A DNA stretch of 18,173 nt from Oopsacas minuta. Lineage: Eukaryota; Animalia; Porifera. The notes below the pieces were generated by a model. It was given only the letters and a program-made list of their open reading frames with translations, was not told the origin of the DNA and searched no databases. Within the stretch, counting starts at the first letter, position 1. Every line of letters starts with the position of its first letter. The stretch lies in NCBI GenBank assembly GCA_024704765.1, contig JAKMXF010000353.1:142649-160821 (forward strand), given 5' to 3'. This document shows, piece by piece, positions 10,662 through 18,173 of this stretch. Made by a program: the position numbers and the translations under genes.

Positions 10662-10749
10662 CTTATCTGGTAGCATTTATCTAACCTTTCTTGTCCAACC
10701 TGTAGTATTTGCTGTAAACCTATTTGAAATTGGATTATACGTGAAATCT
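10662..10749 (-). CDS. Sulfotransferase gene, exon 2 (stalk), not in the ORF track
   Basis: Donor ATAAG|GTAACT at 10662/10661 (phase 2, matching the exon 3 acceptor). Reads EISRIIQFQIGLQQILQVGQERLDKCYQIR, continuing into NTLKSTYKDCY of exon 3. A phase-1 start matches the exon 1 donor. The acceptor is either AAG (exon from 10749) or TAG (exon from 10755, adds a TAA). Confidence 0.65.
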
Positions 10750-10819
10750 CTTAATCTAAAAGTGTTTTGGGTTACATATTCATATTCCACAAGTAATCAA
10801 ATTAATAATTGGAGAAGGT

Positions 10820-10936
10820 CAGGGTGGATCCAAGAATTGCTAGTGGGGGATAATAATTCAGCTGGGGGTCTCGAGGGCGCTGAAAGCCCCCGAGTGGCAC
10901 TACAAGCCCTCCACTCTCCACCTGGATCCGCCACAG
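10820..10936. mobile_element. 117-bp hAT MITE
   Basis: TIRs cagggtggatccaag / cctggatccgccacag; 8-bp TSD gagaaggt (10812-10819) vs gggaaggt (10937-10944), 7/8 match. Confidence 0.85.
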
Positions 10937-11235
10937 GGGAAGGTCCTTTATGCGCTTTCAAGATTTGTTGCCCTAGGAACTGAACTGTGATGCCCAATTG
11001 ATCGTAAATTTCCCTCTATCTAAAGATGATGCCGATTTGAAAGGTTAACCCAGGCCCATGGTGATGATTGGGGAATTAGAAGACAGTGTAATGTTAAAAT
11101 GCAATTTGGGATCGAAAATGTATCCGATAGACTTGGAGTAGCGGAAATATTTGATCCTGGGGTCATATAGATTACATATAAAAAATTGGTGCTTTTGGTC
11201 CAGCGTGTCTCAATTTCGACCATAAACCACCTGAC

Positions 11236-12414
11236 TAATGGGGTCAAGCCTCAAAAGGCTTAAGCCCATTTTTCAGTGGTCTTAAGTCCGGACTTGGACT
11301 TAAGCCTTATATTGTTGATCTTCAAGCCCTTTCAAGCCATTTAAGCCTACTTCAATCATTACAATGATTAAATATGACTACAAAGCTTGTATACTTGGTC
11401 ATACTAAAGTATCCTCTCTTGTATGTATTCTTATATGAGTAACACAGCATACTTTCTTACATAGTGTATTCGGAAAAATTTGGCTATGCAAAATTCTGGC
11501 CAGAAGACTTAAGTCCTGGCCTACTATATACACGGCTAGCGAAGCTAAGATTTACCAAAACAATTTCCAGGCCATTGGATATATTCTCTTTGATCATGAA
11601 GAATTGCAGCTACCCATTACAAAATCAACTGTATATAGGTTTCCACATATGGTGGAAACATCTAGAATACTTTTGAACCTGCTTTCCAAGATATTTTAAC
11701 CACAATGACGCATCAAAGTTCATGCCCATACATGGTAATAATTTAACTAATAAATACCAATATTATCTAAAAACCCACAAATCCCATGAAATGAATCAAG
11801 ATTCGTATTAACTTAGCACAAAAACACAATAAAAAGACTGTATTAAATAAACTTATAAAAATGGTTAACAATTATGACTTATTTTGTGTTCGCATTCATT
11901 TTTTGAGTGAAATTTCTTCGATTTTCTAGGATTGACTGTTTAATGCTGTTTTACGGCGAATATCACTAAATCATTATTTAACGATTGTTTATGAAGATGA
12001 AGATCATCTTTTGGTTACTTAAACTAACATTTAACAAGTAGAAGGTATTTTGATAAAAGGAGCTTTGAGAGTTTCTGGAAAAATTGAAAAATTAAAAAAA
12101 TTACTATATATGGGCATAAACTTTGATTGCTTCATTGTGGTTAAAATAACTTGGAAAGCAGGTTCAAAGTATTCTAGATGTCTCCGCCGTATGTGGAATC
12201 CTATTTACAGTTGAATTTGTAATGATAACTGCAATCCTTCATGATCAAACAGAATATAATCAATGGTCTGGATATTATTGTGGCAATTCTTTGCTTAGCT
12301 AGCCTTGTATATAGTAGGCCATGCTTAAGCCCTCTGTTAAGGGCTTAAGCTTTATCCCTTATAAGAAGGCTTTGGCCTTGAACTTAAGCCCTTTAGAAAG
12401 GCCTTGACCCCATG
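11236..12414. mobile_element. Non-autonomous TIR element with CTTAAG subterminal repeats (outer element)
   Basis: tggggtcaagcct (11239-) vs ggccttgacccca (-12412); many cttaagcc/cttaagtc copies near both ends; cctgac direct repeat at 11230-11235 and 12415-12420. Confidence 0.75.
11524..12314. mobile_element. Nested foldback element with long (about 230-260 bp) TIRs and TA TSD (inner element)
   Basis: TA|ctatatacacggctagc...catctagaatacttttgaacctgctttccaag mirrors cttggaaagcaggttcaaagtattctagatg...gctagccttgtatatag|TA; TA at 11522-11523 and 12315-12316. Confidence 0.85.
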
Positions 12415-12444
12415 CCTGACGGGCGGTGAGTAATGATATAATTT

Positions 12445-13592
12445 TAGCATAAATTCTTTATTGAGAATGTTCCTACAGTATTTTGTGAAGATATTGATTC
12501 TGGGACACTAACAATTCCTTTTTATCATTGTTCCAACGAAGTTTTAAAAGGTGTGAAGGTTAATATTTGTCCTCTAGAAAACAGCACTAATCCTCATTAC
12601 TATCCAGATTTTTATCATTCCTGATAAAACGTTACTTCTATGCATTCCATTACGAACAGGAAGTATACTGGCACTATCACAAAGTTGTGTGGAAATGTGA
12701 AACCCAGACTCGTGAAACAAACTATTGTAGAAAAATGGATGGGATTGTGAAACATAACATGCTAAGAAAACGTTTTATTTGTGGCCAGGTGATTTTTGAG
12801 AAGGATGCATACAAACATTTCGCACGCATATTGGGAGTAGCATATAACTTTCCAAAAAGCTCTAGACACAGAAAAAACGAAATCATGAGCATTGTGAAGA
12901 AGCATTCAAATTTGGAAACCAGAGAAAAGAAAAGCTAATTATTATCACGAGCTAATACTAAGATTGAAAGTTTACGGGCCAAAAAGCTGAACTTTTCCCA
13001 GAATTAGCTGAATATGATTCACAAAACAACATATTACTCTAACAGTCAAATTACCAATTGAATACTATTAACTAAGTTGTTTAATACGTATTACCTATAA
13101 TACGTATTATACGTTCAATCTACAATTTTTGGTGACGTAACTTCTATAAGTTCTATTGGGCTGATTTCTGCAATAGATATTTTACACATCAAACAAGTTC
13201 TCGAATTGTTAATGAGATATATGGCGTAGTTGACCAAATGATATATACAGTCTAAAAATGTCAAAATCTCCTATTTCGAGATTAACCTAGACGTATAATA
13301 CGTTCAAATAGATCACGTATAACGTATTATACGTTATACGTGTATTATACACCTTAGCTATTTAACAAGGCAATCGAAACTAACATCGAACATCAAATAT
13401 GAATCAGATTCTGCGTATGAATTCCATGATTTCGAGGAGTATAATAACACCTCAAGTACGAATCCAAATTCTACTATTAAACATCTTAGAGATAATGTAC
13501 AGGATATCGACCACAATTATGGATCTCATATTTGTTTCATTTCATGTTTTAAAAATGCTCTAGAAAAAATCAACAGTGAGCCTAACTTATAG
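12445..13592 (+). pseudogene. Unidentified decayed coding-like sequence
   Basis: Successive open stretches (FCEDIDSGTLTIPFYHCS...; KRYFYAFHYEQEVYWHYHKVVWKCE...; KLPIEYY|YLTRQSKLT...NALEKINSEPNL*). The last becomes one frame when the 13071-13358 MITE is removed. No family recognised. Confidence 0.3.
13071..13358. mobile_element. TA-flanked MITE with tacgtat-rich TIRs
   Basis: TA|actaagttgtttaatacgtatt... vs ...gtattatacaccttagc|TA (reverse complement gctaaggtgtataatac); TA at 13069-13070 and 13359-13360; repeated tatacgt/tacgtatta motifs. Confidence 0.8.
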
Positions 13593-13619
13593 AAAATTTA
13601 CACAAACTAAGTCTGAGTG

Positions 13620-13651
13620 CTGCCCGGGTCGCTCCCCTCACTACGCCACTG
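13620..13651. mobile_element. Orphan hAT right end
   Basis: ctacgccactg (13641-13651) matches 11 nt of the 352-3085 element TIR; no partner left end with a matching TSD seen. Confidence 0.6.
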
Positions 13652-14809
13652 GTATGCTAATTCTGATTTTCACTCCAAATTAATCATATTTTAATATATT
13701 TGTTGTTTTTATGAATGTGAAGAGGTTAACAAAAACACGAAGTGTTCGCAAGCCAGCAAGCGAATCGTGCTCGCAATTATTAATTATGCAGCAAAATATT
13801 TTCAGCTGACTATAAATCGAACTATTGAGGAAAGACAGTCAATTGAAAGCCATTCGAATTAATGACAGTCAACCGAAAATTCAATCGAACTAATGACACC
13901 AAAATTCGAACTGATGCATGTCCCTCTTTAGAATGGATAATTGTTAAAAATCCAGGAATTTTAGCAACTGGACATTGCTTCAAGACACAGAGCAAAATCC
14001 AGGAGGTAGCAGTGTTAGCTCGTTTTGGAGACTCCCTTGAATCCCGAAAACGCTAGCGATATAGGGATCAATCCAGTGATATAGTGACCCGAACCGATGT
14101 CACCAGTATAGAATCTATACCGCTCAAGCCCATTGTTCTATATAGATTTCTTGCTTGTTGACCCAGATTCTTTATTTGTAATCGGTATAACGCGCTTTTT
14201 GTTGTCTCAGAATATCTGTCCTTGTGCGTTAGTTCAGACTCTTTGCTGTGCAGTCAGAATCGTTATTTCTGCCCCCAAAATGCACGGAAGAAGAGGCAAA
14301 AAATGATAGGCAAACTAATCCGTTTCAACAAGTAAACCGTTTTATGCTTTTAGTGTGAAATTCTTAGTCTTTACGTCCATGGACATAATTTGTAGTACAG
14401 AGACAACGAAAATCAATAAGTTAAGTATAATCTATATTATTAAGCGCAATTAGTCCATGTATATATGTTTGTATATCCAGAATTGATTGAAGAAACTGGA
14501 GGACCCCAGGACTGATTTTTGGCCTGGCTCGGACAAGTTCGAGTCTTGGACGAAAATTCAGACCTATGACGAAATTATGATGTATTGTCACCTTTTTGGA
14601 TTTCCGAAAAATCACATTATTAACAAATGCTCAGCCAATATACATGATAAGAGTTTGAAATTTTAATCGCAGGTGCCCCTGATATGCCACATGATATGAT
14701 GTCATGATTTTGGCCCAATACAAACTCACTCTGGGATTATAACGCCATCATGACTGTACCAAAAATACAAATTTCCAAATTTCGGAAAAATTTCAATAAT
14801 TCTTAATAC

Positions 14810-15064
14810 CCGAGGCAAGAAGTGCCGAGATTACTAACCAAAAGCGACATTACATCTCCAGTGTCACCACAGAAGGCCATTGAATGAAATTTAGATTGAC
14901 CATGGATAATAATATCTTCTACTATTATAAACATGGGGCACGAAGGGCCGAGTTATCCCGTCGTGTAGCGACCAAATGCACTAAGAAATTTATCAGTTTA
15001 GTACTTGATCAACGTGAAGCAATAAGCTGTCGCGAAGCGACCTAGCAAGCGAAGCGCGCTAGTA
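14810..15064 (+). mobile_element. Cluster of Helitron-like 3' termini
   Basis: Hairpins ggcaagaagtgcc (14814-14826) and ggcacgaagggcc (14937-14949), each followed by gag(a/t)tta; cgcgaagcg...ctag (15031-15045) and gcgaagcgcgCTAG|T (15049-15063). Hairpin plus CTAG before T is the Helitron 3' signature. Confidence 0.55.
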
Positions 15065-15333
15065 ACCAAATAATTCAAAATATTTAATCATTTGATCCAT
15101 GAAAATTGCACTCGAAATTGGGAATACTTGATTACTTAACAAAAGAAAGAAGGAATTAAACAGAAAAGTAAAATAACTCGAAAGAGCATTAAAACTAGAC
15201 TTTTTACATCAAGATAGTAAAAAAACAAATAATCTGGTTCCAATCCTGAAAAGTGAGCTAGAATAGGTTGTTAGCACCTCTAAATTCAGGAAATGGAAAC
15301 AGACTACAATAAGTTTTGTATTTAAATTGCATT

Positions 15334-15680
15334 ATGGAGAAACAAGTAAGGCATTAGTCGATCGTGTTAAACAAGATCGCGATCCCGATCCTGATCTTAG
15401 CTGAAATTATCATCGGCGATCCCGATCAAGATCCTTATTTCAAAAACGATCGCGATCCCGGTCTATGACTGCCCATACGTTGTCTCAGAGTATCTTAGGT
15501 CAGAATTTTGATTGTATTGCTTGTTATCAAGGCCCAAGATTTTGTATCAGAGGATCTATTTGAGAGATTAATTAGATACAAAGAGTTGGTATGCAAACGA
15601 ACTGAAACACTAACACAAAGAAAAGTCCCATTGCCACAACCCAAATCGCCGCGGAATATACATCCGGGCAAAACCCAGGA
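15334..15680 (+). CDS. Candidate nested antisense exons (15334-15345 and 15499-15680)
   Basis: ATG GAG AAA CAA|GTAAGG ... tatcttag|GTC AGA...CAG GA|GTAAGT gives MEKQVRILIVLLVIKAQDFVSEDLFERLIRYKELVCKRTETLTQRKVPLPQPKSPRNIHPGKTQ; no downstream exon located. Confidence 0.25.
15352..15467. repeat. gatcgcgatcc-repeat MITE-like element
   Basis: Multiple gatcgcgatccc / gatcccgatc units between 15360 and 15460; ends cattagtcgatcg and cccggtctatg. Confidence 0.5.
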
Positions 15681-15859
15681 GTAAGTCTGGCACAAATCCA
15701 AACAAAACTCCTGACTACAGTAAGATTAGTGAACTGAAATTCCAAAATACAATGATTAGAAGCTTTAGAATTAAATAATTCATAATATAAAAAAATGTTC
15801 GTTAACATGTAGCTGTCTGCAAATAACTAATTTCGCTATTTTCTGCATCGCTTGTAATT

Positions 15860-16341
15860 TAGTGCACACGACCCGGGATCCCCAAAACTAGCGATTTAGG
15901 GCTATCACGCCCACAAAAACGCTAGCGATTTCGCCCCCTCCCGTCCCTATATCGCTAGCGTTTTGTATCAAGGGACCCAAAATACTAGCGATTTAGGGAC
16001 GGGAATACCTAAATAGCAGGGTTCCCATAACTCGCTTACACCTGGATCGGTTATATTTACCTTCCAGCACCAGTGTAAGTGCGATTTGGTGATCCCTGTC
16101 CCTAAAACACTAGCAATATAGGGACGGGGGAGAGGCGAAATAGTTAGCGTTTTGGGGATTCTGGATTCTGTGTTCAGAATTTGACCTTGGATTGGTGTTA
16201 ATATTGCTCTTGGATCTCGGTGGGACATCTCACTACCTCATGATGTGTCTCTGTGATTTTGAAGTGATATCTACTTGTTTTAGGGACGGTTTAGGGACGG
16301 GGATCCATATATCGCTGGATTTCCAAATCGCGCTTACACCG
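15860..16341. mobile_element. Two adjacent copies of a non-autonomous TIR element with ctagcgat(t/a)taggg repeats
   Basis: Second copy bounded by cagtgtaagtgcgatttgg (16071) and ccaaatcgcgcttacaccg (16323-16341), 17/19 match; first copy ends cgcttacacctg (16044); shared tagggacgg/gctagcgat motifs, also seen at 14045-14070. Confidence 0.7.
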
Positions 16342-16614
16342 GTATTGTAGCCCTTCCTAAATGTATTACACATGAGCGTAAATTTTTGTCCAGCTCTTTG
16401 GGCCGCCCGGACAGCCTAAGTAAGGGCCGTGAACCCTGACAAATAGAGCCTTGAACTGACGCTAAAAACAACAATGAGACTTCAAAAGATATTTTCTAAT
16501 AAATCGGATGAAATTTAGAATATAACAAAATATCCATTATATGAAGCATCAGGATAAGTCCGGGGTAGAGTCCAGGTAAGCCTCTGGGCAGCCTGGACAT
16601 ATGGTATAACATAC

Positions 16615-16954
16615 CTTCGTTCAATTGTAATAAATGTGTTTCCTCAGGGATTTCTCCAGGTTGTTTTTCATCTGTTCGTTCAACGAGATTCTGTTTCTGT
16701 AATTCATTGTTGTTCATGCATTTATCAATGTAATTTCGTTTTTCCTGTATCTCTCTTTCACATAATTTCATAGATAACTCCTCCTTGCTGACATTATTTT
16801 CATTTTCCATTCCATTATCTATCAATAATTTCTCCGTAGAAAGTATATCCCCCAATTCATTGCACTTACGTATCTTATCGACATAGCCTATGCCTACACA
16901 TAGAACAATGAGGAATAGGATTACGATAAGTATCTTCTCTTTGTGTGAGCTCAT
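16615..16954 (-). CDS. Sulfotransferase gene, exon 1: signal anchor and stalk
   Basis: MSSHKEK followed by hydrophobic ILIVILFLIVLCVGIGYV (type II anchor) and a charged helical stalk; donor GAAG|GTATGT at 16615/16614 (phase 1). Link to downstream exons is inferred from strand, phase and Golgi sulfotransferase architecture. Confidence 0.72.
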
Positions 16955-17132
16955 TTATTGCTAATATTTACTAGGATTGGAGAGATGGTAAGCTAGGTAT
17001 TGAGGTATACAGAAGAATCTTCCAAAGTGGTTGTCCGTGAGGTGTTTTAACGAAAATGGTCCCCCCTTAAAATACTTATCAACCATGGATATTTTTCTAC
17101 TTGAAATATTTATAAAGATATGACATAGCCTG

Positions 17133-17253
17133 TAGGGTTTCAAAAATCTCACGATTCTATCGTGAGATATGCAATTTAGTATTAGTTTTCTCTGAAAAGA
17201 CCAACGATTCTGCAATAATTATAGGACCGAAATCGTGGGAGTTGAGAGCCCTG
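17133..17253. mobile_element. hAT-like MITE upstream of the sulfotransferase start
   Basis: tagggtttcaaaaatctcacgatt vs aatcgtgggagttgagagccctg; same family as the end at 10505; no TSD match. Confidence 0.55.
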
Positions 17254-17586
17254 TTTCATTTGAGGTACCCTTCCAAATATAAAATCTTTGAATACATTTG
17301 GGGGAGACCCACTCCAATTTATACTTTTGAATCTGCATTGGAGGGGTCCAATATATCTATATACCTATATTCATTTTATTCAAGTAATGTGGGGTGAAGT
17401 CCCTTCAAGTTTAGGGGGACTCACCCAAATCTTAATTTATTTGAGAATAATATGAATTTGTAGCGCAATATTCAAAAGCATGCTAGAGGTTAGCGTTCAA
17501 CATGCTGTCACAGCACAGGTATGTCCGCATTGAGAAATTCACAGATTTTTCATATGAGTAATCATGTTTTGACGCCTTTAGGCTTA

Positions 17587-18173
17587 CAGGGTGGCTCCAA
17601 AGTACTGATACAAAATCACAATTCATATACAACCTTTATCAGGAAGTATTCTCAATGGTTTGCTCTTCCATGACATACCTTATACGCTTCCTCACGAATA
17701 TTATTTCAATTTAGTGTATACTATTTCGAAAAAAATTGTGATTGACCATGGAATCTGAGAGGTCAGCAATTATTGAGTTACATGTGGCGGGGAAAAGTCC
17801 ATCAGAAATTTTGAAACTGCTGAATATTGCAAAATGACGTAGGGCATTTATCTACAGGACGATAAATCGATATAAGGAAACTAGGGATACTGTAGACAAG
17901 CAGAGATCTTGTCGTCCATGATCTGTAACGACCCAGGTCTCAAGAAAGGGGTGCGAAAACGGTTTCGGCGGAACCCACACCGTTCGATGAGGAAAATGGC
18001 CTTGGAGCTCAATATATCTCGCCGAGCAATACAAAAGGTTGTCAAAAGGGACCTAGGAATCCGCACTTTGAAATGCAAAAAGGTACAATTCCTATCTGGG
18101 TCGGTGAAAGAAAAGAGAGCATCCCGGAGCAAGAGCCTACTTGCTCTACACGCTATTGGGGTTCTCGAAAATA
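17587..18173 (+). mobile_element. Tc1/mariner (DD37D/maT-like) transposon, left end, truncated by window end
   Basis: TA (17585-17586) then TIR cagggtggctccaaagtactgatacaaaa, complementary to the 311-341 right TIR. Confidence 0.92.
17748..18173 (+). pseudogene. Tc1/mariner transposase N-terminus (HTH region), inactivated
   Basis: MESERSAIIELHVAGKSPSEILKLLNIAK*RRAFIYRTINRYKETRDTVDKQRSCRP*SVTT, frameshift near 17932, then LKKGVRKRFRRNPHRSMRKMALELNISRRAIQKVVKRDLGIRTLKCKKVQFLS. TGA at 17835 and 17919. Confidence 0.92.

Noticed and set aside
10741-10997. ORFs 10741-10983 (+) and 10797-10997 (-)
   Set aside because: Both run through the GC-rich 117-bp hAT MITE; no domain similarity.
15495-15701. 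Minus-strand ORF containing DLGCGNG, resembling SAM-methyltransferase motif I
   Set aside because: The flanks do not fit: no hydrophobic beta-strand before the motif (IFRG precedes it), no later motifs, no convincing splice sites. The opposite strand has the better exon signals.
15968-16228. Minus-strand 86-aa ORF
   Set aside because: Lies within the repeat-rich TIR elements at 15860-16341.
15350-16341. Short repeated motifs considered as a CRISPR-like array
   Set aside because: Units are short, irregularly spaced and partly inverted, as in transposon subterminal repeats; the context is eukaryotic with no cas genes.
16570-16585. cttacctgg on the minus strand, resembling the U1 snRNA 5' end
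   Set aside because: No U1 stem-loops or Sm site follow.
16961-17215. Minus-strand 84-aa ORF just upstream of exon 1
   Set aside because: Starts inside a hAT-like MITE, ends before the sulfotransferase ATG, and has no recognisable motif; at most an upstream ORF.
17852-18132. Minus-strand ORFs 17852-18034 and 17881-18132
   Set aside because: Antisense shadows of the mariner transposase.
1-18173. Idea that the window is a circular element because both ends are the same transposon
   Set aside because: The end (N-terminal half) and start (C-terminal tail) do not overlap; the DD catalytic core between them is missing.

Overview
AT-rich eukaryotic (invertebrate-like) genomic DNA; its style recalls sponge genomes, but the taxon is only an inference. 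The backbone is one minus-strand, four-exon gene that the ORF track splits up: exons 16954-16615, 10749-10662, 9258-8843 and 4283-3757 join in phase (1371 nt, about 456 aa) to encode a type II membrane sulfotransferase (N-terminal signal anchor, Cys-punctuated stalk, PAPS-binding domain). Its three introns are packed with transposon debris. The most unusual relic, in intron 3, is a decayed plus-strand element in which a Gypsy/Ginger-type integrase (zinc-binding, DDE, GPF) is followed by a USP (peptidase C19)-like protease domain that reassembles only after removing a nested hAT MITE. Downstream of the gene is a full-length hAT transposon (352-3085, perfect 8-bp TSD, frameshifted transposase) abutting the right end of a DD37D/maT-like Tc1-mariner element; a second copy of that family starts at 17587. 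Many MITEs, foldbacks and Helitron-like termini are present. No rRNA, tRNA or CRISPR array was found. All annotation is by eye, with no database searches.
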